A DNA stretch of 64,000 nucleotides from an uncultured Planctomycetia bacterium (GTDB taxonomy: Bacteria > Omnitrophota > Gorgyraeia > 2-02-FULL-51-18): assembly GCA_964431835.1 (NCBI GenBank), contig CAYSKO010000007.1, positions 8,997 through 72,996 on the forward strand, in the 5' to 3' direction. Each line of letters opens with the position of its first letter. Positions within the stretch are counted from its first letter, which is position 1. The translations under genes and the position numbers were made by a program. Below, piece after piece: positions 18,767 to 28,145 of this stretch. Below the pieces are notes generated by a model that was not told the origin of the DNA, ran no database searches, and saw only the letters and a list, made by a program, of their open reading frames with translations.

Positions 18767-20076
18767 ACGGGCTGTGGTTCTCGATGCTTTTCCTCGTCCA
18801 TTTCTACGGGACTCCGAAGAGTCGCGCGTTCGTGCTCTTTTCGATCGCAGCCGCGGCGGCGGGGATCGCGACGCTTCCCGGCGTGGATCCGTTCGCGTGG
18901 GTCTTCTACGCCACGGCGTCGTTGCTCGTTTTTTGGGGGGCCGGGAAATTCCGGCTCTGGGCTTCGGCGCGTTCCGTGGCCGTCGGCGAAGAGCTCGAAG
19001 CGATCGAGCGGCGCTTGAACCAGGAGCACGGGACGCTCGCGGCGCTCGCCGACGAGACGAGCGGCATCTCGCTTCAGGCGGATGAAATCACACACCTCTG
19101 CGACCGCTTGAAGGAAATGTCCCAGAGTCTGGACCGCCTCGAGACGTTCCTGATCCTCGGTGAGGCGCTCGCGAAGCATTTCAAATTCGAGCGGCTCAAG
19201 CTCGTCTTCTTCGAGGATATCGACGCGTTCCCGAAACCCGAAAGCGTTTTCCAGCTCTCTTGGGCCGATTTCCAGGGCGTCTTCGACCGAAGCGCCTATA
19301 AAAAGAACCCGGATCGCGCGCGCGGTGAGATTTTTGACTTCGACCGCATGGTGATCGACACGCTGTCGCGCGGGGGGCGGCTCCTCTACGCGGCGCCCAC
19401 CGAATGGGGCGCGCCCTACATGGCGCACCCGGTCATTCTCCAGAACAAGCTCGCGGCCGCGATCATCCTGACCGGCATCAGCGAGAAGGACGTCCAGATA
19501 TTCACAATTCTCACCGAGAGCTTCGCGGCCGAGATCCGCCGCCTGCGGCTGTACGAGCGCGTCCAGATGCTCGCGACGACCGACGGGTTGACCGGGGTCG
19601 CCGTACGCCGGACCCTCCTCGAGCGTTTGGAGGGCGAGCTCGACCGCTCCCGCCGCATGGGCCACAAACTTTCTTTCCTCCTCATCGACATCGACGACTT
19701 CAAGCGGTTCAACGACCAGTGCGGGCATCTCGTGGGGGACGTCGTTCTCCGTGAAGTCGCCGACACCGTCCGAAAGAATATCCGCGAGGTCGACCTCGTG
19801 GGACGTTACGGCGGGGAGGAGTTCGGTGTTTTTCTCATCGAGACCGACGAGGCGGGCGCCCTCTTCGTCGCCGAGCGTATCCGGAAGGCGATCCAAGACA
19901 AACAGTACCGCGCCTACGACGAAGACTTAAAGGTCACGGTGAGCATCGGCTGTTCCACCTACGCCGCGGGTCAACCGCAGGACGCCGCGAGTATCGTCGA
20001 CACCGCCGACGGAGCCCTGTACGGAGCCAAGCGAGCGGGTAAGAACCGCGTGCACATGGCTGGCGCGACCCCCTGA
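18745..20076 (+). CDS. Membrane GGDEF diguanylate cyclase with degenerate GAF-like region
   Basis: TM N-terminus, DGLTGV, DIDDFKRFND, RxxD I-site (REVD), RYGGEEF. Confidence 0.9.
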   Translation: MWRYVVLNGLWFSMLFLVHFYGTPKSRAFVLFSIAAAAAGIATLPGVDPFAWVFYATASLLVFWGAGKFRLWASARSVAVGEELEAIERRLNQEHGTLAALADETSGISLQADEITHLCDRLKEMSQSLDRLETFLILGEALAKHFKFERLKLVFFEDIDAFPKPESVFQLSWADFQGVFDRSAYKKNPDRARGEIFDFDRMVIDTLSRGGRLLYAAPTEWGAPYMAHPVILQNKLAAAIILTGISEKDVQIFTILTESFAAEIRRLRLYERVQMLATTDGLTGVAVRRTLLERLEGELDRSRRMGHKLSFLLIDIDDFKRFNDQCGHLVGDVVLREVADTVRKNIREVDLVGRYGGEEFGVFLIETDEAGALFVAERIRKAIQDKQYRAYDEDLKVTVSIGCSTYAAGQPQDAASIVDTADGALYGAKRAGKNRVHMAGATP

Positions 20077-20122
20077 CAATTTTTTCTCTTATCCTGATTC
20101 GTACCAAGGTATAATACCCGCC

Positions 20123-21097
20123 ATGTCAAAAGTCGCGATTGGAATAGACATCGGCGGGACGAGCATCAAGCTCGGCCTCGTCACGGGCCAGGGCCGCCTG
20201 ATCGAGAAGACCTCTTTTCCGACCGATAAAAAGGGCGGCCGCGAGAAAACCCTCCGGGAGCTCGAGCGCCAGGTGAAAGCGTTCGCCGCGAAGGCGCGCT
20301 CCGCCGGCCACCAAGTCGCGGGCGTGGGCATCGGCGCTCCGGGCCCCGTCGACGTCGATCGCGGTTTCGTCTACTTCTTCCCGAACGTCCCCGGCTGGAA
20401 AGACACGCCGCTCGTTTCAATCCTCTCTAAGCGCCTCCGGATGCCGGTCCGTCTCGACAACGACGCCAACGCCATGGCGCTCGGCGAATTCCTCTTCGGC
20501 GCGGGCCGCGGTGTAAAGAACGGCATCGCCCTCACGCTAGGCACGGGGGTCGGCGGCGGCATCATTCTGGACGGCAAGCTTTTCCATGGCCCGACGTACT
20601 CTGCGGCCGAGATCGGCCATCTCGTTATCAACGAGGACGGCCCCAAATGCGGCTGCGGCAACACTGGCTGCATCGAAACGTACGTCGGCAACGGTTATTT
20701 CACCCGGGAAATCGAGCGCCGCCTGGCCAAGGGCGAGAAAAGCGTCCTTTCGGCTTGGATCAAAGAAGGGAAGACGCTCACACCTCTCCTTGCGAAGGAA
20801 GCATGGAAGAAGGGCGACCGTTTCGCGAAGAAAATGTGGGCGGACACGGGAACGCATCTGGGCAACGCCCTCGTGGGCCTCGTGAACATCCTGAATCCAG
20901 AAAAGATCATCCTGGGCGGCGGAATAGCCCAGAACCCCGAGATCCTTTTTCCGCACGTCATCGAAACGATCCGGAAGAAGGCGTTTCCGATCGCCTTCCG
21001 TTCGCTGAAAGTGGTCCCGGCGCGTCTCGGCACCGAAGCGGGGCTCATCGGCGCGGCAGCGCTCGTTTTCGCGAACTCGGAGGGGAAGCGCACGTGA
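20123..21097 (+). CDS. ROK-family sugar kinase (glucokinase-like)
   Basis: GIDIGGT, NDANA, GTGVGGG, EIGH, CGCGNTGCIE; TATAAT 7 nt before the ATG. Confidence 0.93.
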   Translation: MSKVAIGIDIGGTSIKLGLVTGQGRLIEKTSFPTDKKGGREKTLRELERQVKAFAAKARSAGHQVAGVGIGAPGPVDVDRGFVYFFPNVPGWKDTPLVSILSKRLRMPVRLDNDANAMALGEFLFGAGRGVKNGIALTLGTGVGGGIILDGKLFHGPTYSAAEIGHLVINEDGPKCGCGNTGCIETYVGNGYFTREIERRLAKGEKSVLSAWIKEGKTLTPLLAKEAWKKGDRFAKKMWADTGTHLGNALVGLVNILNPEKIILGGGIAQNPEILFPHVIETIRKKAFPIAFRSLKVVPARLGTEAGLIGAAALVFANSEGKRT

Positions 21098-23253
21098 CCC
21101 TTCTTCGCCGCGTCCTTTTCGCCGCTCTGCTCGCAGGCGCGCTTTTCCAGACCCCCGCTTTCGCCGACGCCCCCGCACCCGAGGGAACGGCCGCCAATCC
21201 AGCCTCGCCGGCCGGAGCCTCCGAGAAGAACGAGGCGCTCGTTCCGATCCAGGTGAAGGGCGACAACGTCGAATATTTCCACGAGGAAGAGAAGGCAATC
21301 GGGACCGGCAACGTCTCGATCGATTACGAAGGCTCGCGTCTTACCGCCGACAAGATCACGGTCTTCATGAAACAAAAGACCGCGCTTGCCGAAGGCAACG
21401 TGACCCTCACTCAGGAAGGTGCGACCTACAAAGGACAGCGCGCCGAATACGATTACGCCCGGAAGGTCGGGACCGTCACCGGAATGGCGGCCACAATCGA
21501 GCCGGGCCTGCACGGCAAGGCCAAGCAGGTGGAAATCGTCTCCGAAGGTCATTACCGCATGAAGGACGCTTACTTCACGACGTGCGACCCTTGCAATGAC
21601 AACCCGTTCTACCGCGTCCAGGCGAAGTCGATCGACATCTATCCCGGCAAGAAGGTAGTCGTCAAGAACGCGCTCATCCTCGTGAAGGGCATCCCCGTCT
21701 TTTTCGTGCCGGTCTACGTGCAGCCGCTCGTGAATTTCGACCGCTTCCCTGTGCAGCTCGTGCCAGGCAAAAACTCCGAGTGGGGCCCGTTCCTTCTTTC
21801 CCGCTGGCGTTACGAGCTTGCCGATTCGCCTTCGCTTCAGTCGAAGGGGAACATCCAAGCCGACTACCGCATCAAGCGCGGCGTCGGCGTCGGCGTCGAG
21901 AATTTCTACAAGGGCGATAAGATCGGTCGCGGCGCCGCGCGCGTGTACTACGCCGACGACCATGACGCCCCGCCGCTCGGAGAGACGAAGGGCCGCTACC
22001 GCGGCCAGTTGCGGCACCAGGTTCCGCTCACGCCGGACACCACCCTCACCGCCGAATTCAACAAGCAGTCCGATCCGGAGATCGTGAAGGACTTCTTCTT
22101 CGACGAGGAATACGAACGAGACGCGTTCCCCGACACCTACGTGTCCCTGATCACGTCGAAGCCCGAATACACACTCTCGTTCCTCGAGCGCGAGCGCGTC
22201 GACGACTTCTACACCGTCGTCGAACGCAGCCCCGAGGTCCGCTTCGACACGCACAACCGCCGCTTCGCCGAGACGCCGTTCTACCTGCGTCAGGAGTTCC
22301 AATTCGCGAACTTGAAGAAAGAATTTGCCCGCTCGGAGAACCAGCTAGACGTGATGCGCTTCGACGTGAACCAGACGCTTTCCTACGACGGCCAGATCGG
22401 TCCCGTGTCCGTGACGCCGCGCGTGGGCACCCGTCAGACCTACTATTCGCGCCGTCTCGAGGATTCCGAGGATCTCGTCCGCGCCACCTTCGACCCGGGC
22501 CTCGACATCTCGACGCGCTTCTACCGCACCTACAACAAGAACGTGCACAAGTGGGGCCTCGATTACAACGGCATCCGCCACATCTTCACACCCACGGCGA
22601 GCTACAATTTCCGCCCGAACCCGACCGCGCCGCGTACGATCCTGCAGCAGTTCGACGCGATTGACGCCCTCGACAAGCGCAACTTCATCCGGTTCCAGTT
22701 CGAGAACAAGTTCCAGACCAAGCACCACGAGAAGGGGACGGGCGCTCTCTACACCCGCGAGATCGCGCGCGTGATTCCGTTCTTCGACATGGATTTCGAC
22801 ACCAAGCGCCTCGAAAATATCGGGTACGACGTGGAGCTGCGTCCCTACAGCTGGCTCGGCATCGAGTCGGACGCGCTTTACGATCCCCGCCAGGACAACT
22901 TCGAGACCGTGAACTTCGATTTCTATCTGGGCGAGAAGGACGGCGTGCAGGTCGGCGTCGGACACCGTTACGTGCGCGACGAGTCGAGTCTTTTGACCAC
23001 CGAAGTCCGCTGGACGATCAACCCCGAGTACTCGGTGCGCGTGTACGAGCGCTTCGAGTTCGACGACGACGAGTCCGAAGAGTTCGAGATCACCCTTTCC
23101 AAGACGTTCGAATGCGTCATTGCCGATTTCACGTACAACCACAGGGAAGGCGACACGTTCTTCGTGGTTCTGCGGCTCAAGGGTTTCCCGAAGGCCTCCT
23201 TCGGTCTTAGTCAATCGTACAACCGTCCGAAGGCGTCGCCGGGACGCCTCTAA
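21094..23253 (+). CDS. lptD: LPS-assembly outer-membrane protein LptD/OstA family
   Basis: Signal peptide, OstA-like N-terminus (ADKI, AEGNV), FTTC motif, aromatic-rich beta-barrel; GTG start. Confidence 0.8.
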   Translation: MTLLRRVLFAALLAGALFQTPAFADAPAPEGTAANPASPAGASEKNEALVPIQVKGDNVEYFHEEEKAIGTGNVSIDYEGSRLTADKITVFMKQKTALAEGNVTLTQEGATYKGQRAEYDYARKVGTVTGMAATIEPGLHGKAKQVEIVSEGHYRMKDAYFTTCDPCNDNPFYRVQAKSIDIYPGKKVVVKNALILVKGIPVFFVPVYVQPLVNFDRFPVQLVPGKNSEWGPFLLSRWRYELADSPSLQSKGNIQADYRIKRGVGVGVENFYKGDKIGRGAARVYYADDHDAPPLGETKGRYRGQLRHQVPLTPDTTLTAEFNKQSDPEIVKDFFFDEEYERDAFPDTYVSLITSKPEYTLSFLERERVDDFYTVVERSPEVRFDTHNRRFAETPFYLRQEFQFANLKKEFARSENQLDVMRFDVNQTLSYDGQIGPVSVTPRVGTRQTYYSRRLEDSEDLVRATFDPGLDISTRFYRTYNKNVHKWGLDYNGIRHIFTPTASYNFRPNPTAPRTILQQFDAIDALDKRNFIRFQFENKFQTKHHEKGTGALYTREIARVIPFFDMDFDTKRLENIGYDVELRPYSWLGIESDALYDPRQDNFETVNFDFYLGEKDGVQVGVGHRYVRDESSLLTTEVRWTINPEYSVRVYERFEFDDDESEEFEITLSKTFECVIADFTYNHREGDTFFVVLRLKGFPKASFGLSQSYNRPKASPGRL

Positions 23254-23275
23254 AGTCCCTATAAGGAAGGATACG

Positions 23276-24568
23276 ATGAACATAGCCGTTGTCGGTACCG
23301 GTTACGTCGGACTCGTTTCCGGGGCATGCTTCGCGAGCCTCGGGAACAAGGTCGTCTGCGTGGATGTGGATGAAAGAAAGATCGCGATGCTGAAAAAAGG
23401 CAAATCGCCGATCTACGAGCCGGGCTTGGAAGAGCTCGTCCGCGAAAATATCCGCAAGAAAACCATTACGTTCTCGACCGATTTGAAAAGCGCCACGCGG
23501 AAAGCAGAAGTGATCTTCATCGCGGTCGGCACCCCTCCCAAACCCAACGGGGACGCAGATCTCTCCTATATCGAGGACGTCGCTCGCACGATCGCGCGCG
23601 AGGTCAACGGCTACAAAGTGATCGTCGAGAAGAGCACCGTGCCGGTCCAAACCGGCGAGAAGATCCGCGACACGATGCGGCTTTTCGCGCCCAAGGGAGC
23701 CCAGTTCGACGTGGCGTCGAACCCTGAGTTCCTGCGCGAGGGGAGCGCGGTGAGCGATTTCATGAACCCCGACCGCGTGATCCTGGGTGTCGAATCCGCG
23801 CGCGCGAAAAAAGTCCTCATCGAGCTCTACAAGCCGCTCAAATCCCGCATCCTCGTCACGGACATCAAGTCCGCCGAGATCATCAAGCACGCTTCCAATT
23901 CGTTCCTCGCGATGAAGATCTCCTTCATCAACGCGATCGCGCGCGTCTGCGACGCGGCGAAAGCCGACGTCGAGCTCGTCTCGCTGGGCATGGGCTTGGA
24001 TTCGCGTATCGGCAAAAGTTTCCTCTCGCCCGGCATCGGTTTCGGTGGTTTTTGTTTCCCGAAGGACCTCGCCGCGTTCATCCGCATCTGCGAGAAGCTC
24101 GGCTACGACTTCGATCTCCTGCGTGCGGTGGAGCGGATCAACGAAGAGCAGAAACGCTATTTCGTGAAGCGTATCGAGGAGGTCCTCTGGAACATCAACC
24201 AGAAAACGATCGCGGTGCTGGGGCTTGCTTTTAAGCCCAACACCGACGACATGCGCTACGCCCCGTCGCTCGACATCGTCGCGGCGCTCCAGGCCCAGGG
24301 CGCCCGGATCCGCGCCTACGATCCCCACGCGATGGACAACGCGAAGAAGCTGATGAAGAACGTCGTTTTCTGCCGGGACGCTTACGAGGCCTGCAAGGGC
24401 GCCGACTGCGCGATTGTCGTGACGGAATGGGGCGAATTCAAACAGCTGGATCTGAAGCGGGTGAAAAAGCTCCTCACGCAGCCGACGATCGTGGACGGCC
24501 GCAACATCTACGACCCCAAGAAGATGAAGGCGCTCGGTTTCCGCTACGCGTCCATCGGGAGGTCGTGA
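23276..24568 (+). CDS. ugd: UDP-glucose 6-dehydrogenase
   Basis: GTGYVGL, PIYEPGL, KSTVP, NPEFLREG, GFGGFCFPKD, FKPNTDD. Confidence 0.93.
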   Translation: MNIAVVGTGYVGLVSGACFASLGNKVVCVDVDERKIAMLKKGKSPIYEPGLEELVRENIRKKTITFSTDLKSATRKAEVIFIAVGTPPKPNGDADLSYIEDVARTIAREVNGYKVIVEKSTVPVQTGEKIRDTMRLFAPKGAQFDVASNPEFLREGSAVSDFMNPDRVILGVESARAKKVLIELYKPLKSRILVTDIKSAEIIKHASNSFLAMKISFINAIARVCDAAKADVELVSLGMGLDSRIGKSFLSPGIGFGGFCFPKDLAAFIRICEKLGYDFDLLRAVERINEEQKRYFVKRIEEVLWNINQKTIAVLGLAFKPNTDDMRYAPSLDIVAALQAQGARIRAYDPHAMDNAKKLMKNVVFCRDAYEACKGADCAIVVTEWGEFKQLDLKRVKKLLTQPTIVDGRNIYDPKKMKALGFRYASIGRS

Positions 24569-24569
24569 C

Positions 24570-25319
24570 GTGGAAGAGCTGAAGGGCGTAATCCTGGCCG
24601 GCGGCCTTGGCACGCGCCTTTGGCCCCTTACGAAGATCACGAACAAGCACCTTCTCCCGGTCTACGACAAGCCGATGATCTACTATCCGCTCGCCTCGCT
24701 CGTTGAAGCGGGAATCACCGACATTTCGATCGTCACCGGCGGCAATCATGCGGGTGAATTCCTCCGTCTTTTGGGCGACGGCCACGCGTTTGGCCTGAAC
24801 CACATTAATTACACCTACCAGGAAGGCGAGGGCGGCATCGCGCAGGCGCTCGGCCTCACGCACTACTTCACCAAGGGCGCGCGGACTGTCGTGGTCCTCG
24901 GCGACAACCTCTACGAGGACAGTCTGCAGCCGTTCGTGGAACGCTACCGGAAGCAGAAAAAAGGTGCGCGCGTTCTCTTAAAGCGAGTCGAAGATCCTGA
25001 GCGTTTCGGCGTCGCGGAGCTGGCGGGCGGAAAGATCCTTTCGATCGAGGAAAAGCCCCTAAAACCCAAGTCCGACCTCGCCGTCACCGGCGTGTACATG
25101 TACGACGATAGCGTGTTCGATATCATCAGGACGCTTAAACCTTCCAAGCGCGGCGAGCTCGAGATCACCGACGTGAACAACGAGTACATCCGCCGCGGCG
25201 AACTCGAGTACGACGTCCTGGACGGCTGGTGGACGGACAGCGGCACGATCGAGTCTCTCTTACGCGCCAACAGTCTCGTCGCCCAGATGGCGCATGCCAA
25301 GTCCAAGGGGAAGGCGTGA
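24570..25319 (+). CDS. rmlA: Glucose-1-phosphate thymidylyltransferase
   Basis: GVILAGGLGTRL, KHLLPVYDKPMI, PERFGV, RGELEITD. Confidence 0.88.
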   Translation: MEELKGVILAGGLGTRLWPLTKITNKHLLPVYDKPMIYYPLASLVEAGITDISIVTGGNHAGEFLRLLGDGHAFGLNHINYTYQEGEGGIAQALGLTHYFTKGARTVVVLGDNLYEDSLQPFVERYRKQKKGARVLLKRVEDPERFGVAELAGGKILSIEEKPLKPKSDLAVTGVYMYDDSVFDIIRTLKPSKRGELEITDVNNEYIRRGELEYDVLDGWWTDSGTIESLLRANSLVAQMAHAKSKGKA

Positions 25320-26335
25320 AGAGTCGGAGGGTCCTCGTCACCGGCGGCGCGGGTTTCATTGGCTCGTGCCTCGTGAAGATGTGGCTCCGCGAGGATCCGA
25401 AGATCGAGATCGTGAATCTCGACAAACTCGCGTACGCGGGAGACCTCGCGCGCTTGAAAGAGATCGAAAATGAGCCGCGGCACCGTTTCGTGCGCGGAGA
25501 CGTCGCGAACCCGGCGGAAGTGGAGAAGGCGATGGCGGGCTGCGACGGCGTGGTGCACACGGCCGCCGAAACGCACGTCGACCGCTCCCTTCTCGACGCC
25601 AAAGCCTTCATCGACACGAACGTCTACGGCACGTACGTTCTTCTCGAGGCCGCCCGTAAGGCGGGCGTCCGGCGTTTCTTGACCGTCAGCACCGACGAAG
25701 TGTACGGCAGCCGTCCGACGGGCTTCTTCAAGGAAGGCGCCCCGATGGCCCCGACGAGCCCCTATTCCGTTTCGAAGACCGCTTCCGACCTCCTCACCCT
25801 TTCCTACACCCACACGCACGGCCTGCCGACGGTCGTCACCCGCGGCTCGAACACCTACGGCAACTGGCAGTATCCCGAGAAAGTCATCCCGCTTTTCATA
25901 TCCAACGCGTTCTCGGACAAAAAGCTTCCTCTGTACGGGGACGGCAAGCAGGTCCGTAACTGGATGCACGTCGACGACCATGCGCGCGCGATCCTCGTCG
26001 CGTTCAAGAAGGGGAAGGCCGGGGAAGCGTACAACGTCTCTTCGAGCGTGTATCTGCGCAACATCGACCTCACGCGCCGTATTCTCAAGCTGCTCGGCAA
26101 GTCCGAGGCTCTCATCGAACGCGTGACCGACCGCGCTGGACACGACCGCCGCTACGCAATCGATTCGCGCCGCCTGCGCGCACTCGGCTGGAAAGAGCGT
26201 GTGTCCTTCGAAAAGGGCCTCACGGCGACAGTTGATTGGTACCGGGTGAACGCGGCCTGGTGGCGCGGCATTAAGGAAAAGAACGCTTTTGGCGAATACT
26301 ATCTGAAAACCTACGGAGACCGCCGCCGGGGATGA
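25316..26335 (+). CDS. rmlB: dTDP-glucose 4,6-dehydratase
   Basis: TGGAGFIG, AAETHVDRS, STDEVYG, PYSVSK, GHDRRY. Confidence 0.95.
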   Translation: MKSRRVLVTGGAGFIGSCLVKMWLREDPKIEIVNLDKLAYAGDLARLKEIENEPRHRFVRGDVANPAEVEKAMAGCDGVVHTAAETHVDRSLLDAKAFIDTNVYGTYVLLEAARKAGVRRFLTVSTDEVYGSRPTGFFKEGAPMAPTSPYSVSKTASDLLTLSYTHTHGLPTVVTRGSNTYGNWQYPEKVIPLFISNAFSDKKLPLYGDGKQVRNWMHVDDHARAILVAFKKGKAGEAYNVSSSVYLRNIDLTRRILKLLGKSEALIERVTDRAGHDRRYAIDSRRLRALGWKERVSFEKGLTATVDWYRVNAAWWRGIKEKNAFGEYYLKTYGDRRRG

Positions 26336-27219
26336 TCCTCATCACCGGCGCTTCTGGAATCCTCGGCTCGGCGCTGATGCGCCGCCTGGGAAAGCGGGCG
26401 CGGGGCGTGTCGCGCAGCGGCCGCGGCGGCGCGGAAACTGCGGATTTGTCCCGCGCAGCCGACGTCGCGCGCCTTTTCGCGGACGAACCCGTGCTTGTCG
26501 TCAATGCGGCCGCGTTTTCGGACGTCGACGGCTGCGAACGGGATGCCGCGCAGGCCTGGGCTTCGAACGCCGAAAGCGTGAAGAATCTCGCGGTGGAATG
26601 TTCGCGCCGCGGAGTGCCGTTCCTTCATGTGAGCACGAACTACGTGTTCGACGGCCGGAAAGAAAGACCGTACGCCGAGGACGACGCGGCATCGCCCGTC
26701 CAGATTTACGGGCTCACGAAGCTGGCGGGCGAGCACTACGCGCTCGCGTGTTCGGCGCCGACGGCGGTTGTGCGGACGAGCTGGCTTTTCGGCGAGGGGA
26801 ATTCCAAGAATTTTGTCGCGGCCATCGGCGAGCAGCTGAAGAGGGAGCCCGTCGTTCGCGTGCTGGACGACCAGGTCGATGCGCCCACGCACGTCGAAGA
26901 CCTCACGGATGCGCTCGAGCGCGTCGCGGCGGCGCTCGAGGCCGCTCGGAGCGGCGCGCGCCGCTACAGGGAAATTTTTCAAGTCTGCAATGCGGGGACC
27001 GGCACGCGGCTCGAAATGGCGCGCGTGATGAAGGAATCCTCCGGAAGCCCCGCGCGCGTGGAACGTCTGGACGCGTCGGAGCTCAAAGGACGCGTGGCGA
27101 TTCGCCCCGCTTACGGAGCGATGTCGCCCGCTAAATACGAGGCGGCGTTCGGCGTGCGTATGCGCGATTGGCGCGAGGCGCTCGCGGAATTCGTCCGGAG
27201 TGCGCCTTGCGCGTCCTGA
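26332..27219 (+). CDS. rmlD: dTDP-4-dehydrorhamnose reductase
   Basis: TGASGILG, DVDGCE, STNYVFDG, YGLTK, RPAY. Confidence 0.92.
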   Translation: MILITGASGILGSALMRRLGKRARGVSRSGRGGAETADLSRAADVARLFADEPVLVVNAAAFSDVDGCERDAAQAWASNAESVKNLAVECSRRGVPFLHVSTNYVFDGRKERPYAEDDAASPVQIYGLTKLAGEHYALACSAPTAVVRTSWLFGEGNSKNFVAAIGEQLKREPVVRVLDDQVDAPTHVEDLTDALERVAAALEAARSGARRYREIFQVCNAGTGTRLEMARVMKESSGSPARVERLDASELKGRVAIRPAYGAMSPAKYEAAFGVRMRDWREALAEFVRSAPCAS

Positions 27220-28145
27220 TTACGGGTTCTGGTGGCTTCGTCGGCCGACACCTCGCGGCTTACGCCGCGGCGCAGGGAGCCGACGTTATTGGGACGCGCC
27301 GTCCGGGCATATCTCTCGAGGGAAAAAGCGTCGAGCTAGACCTTACGAACGTGGATTCCTTGCGGCGAGCAGTGAAGGAAGCGGCGCCCGATCTCATATT
27401 TCATTTGGCCGGCGAATCGTCGGTGGCTGCCTCGTGGCTCTCGCCCGAGCGGACGCTCGAGACGAACGTTCTCGGCCTGCAAAGGCTCCTCGAGGCGGTC
27501 CTTACCGAGAAGCCCTCCGCGCGGGTCCTTGTCGCGTGCTCGAGCGACCAGTACGGCCCGGTGGACGAAGAGGATTTACCGATCGACGAAAGCGCCCCGT
27601 TCCGGCCGACGAGCCCCTACGCGCTTTCGAAGTGCGCGCAGGATCTCATAGCGTATCAGTTCCACTACGCGCACGGCCTCCACGTAGTGCGCACACGGAA
27701 CTTTAGCCAGATCGGTCCCGGCCAGGACGCACGGTTCGCGCCCGGCCGCTTCGCACGCGAGACGGCCCGCATCGAGGCGGGTCTTGCGGAACCGGTGATG
27801 AAGACGGGAAATTTGGACGCGATCCGCGATTTCACGGACGTCCGCGATTCAGTGCGCGCTCTCTGGCTCGTGCTCGATTCGGGACGCCCCGGCGAGGCCT
27901 ATAACGTTTGTTCGGGTCTCGGGCGGCGCGTAGGGGACATCGTGGAGCATTTCCGCCTCCGCTCGCGGAAGCCGTTCCGCGTGGAGACGGATCCGGCGCT
28001 CGTGCGGCCGGTCGATGTGCCGGCCGCCTGGGGCGACGGTTCGAAGCTTTCGAGGGAGACGGGCTGGCGGCCCGAGATTTCGTTTGAACGGGCGCTCGAC
28101 GACCTGCTCGAAGACTGGCGAAAAAAAGTAAAGGAAGGCGCATGA
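27207..28145 (+). CDS. Extended SDR, GDP-mannose dehydratase / GDP-4-keto-6-deoxymannose reductase-like
   Basis: TGSGGFVG, SSVAASW, PYALSK, GNLDAIRDFTDVRD; TTG start. Confidence 0.8.
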   Translation: MRVLITGSGGFVGRHLAAYAAAQGADVIGTRRPGISLEGKSVELDLTNVDSLRRAVKEAAPDLIFHLAGESSVAASWLSPERTLETNVLGLQRLLEAVLTEKPSARVLVACSSDQYGPVDEEDLPIDESAPFRPTSPYALSKCAQDLIAYQFHYAHGLHVVRTRNFSQIGPGQDARFAPGRFARETARIEAGLAEPVMKTGNLDAIRDFTDVRDSVRALWLVLDSGRPGEAYNVCSGLGRRVGDIVEHFRLRSRKPFRVETDPALVRPVDVPAAWGDGSKLSRETGWRPEISFERALDDLLEDWRKKVKEGA

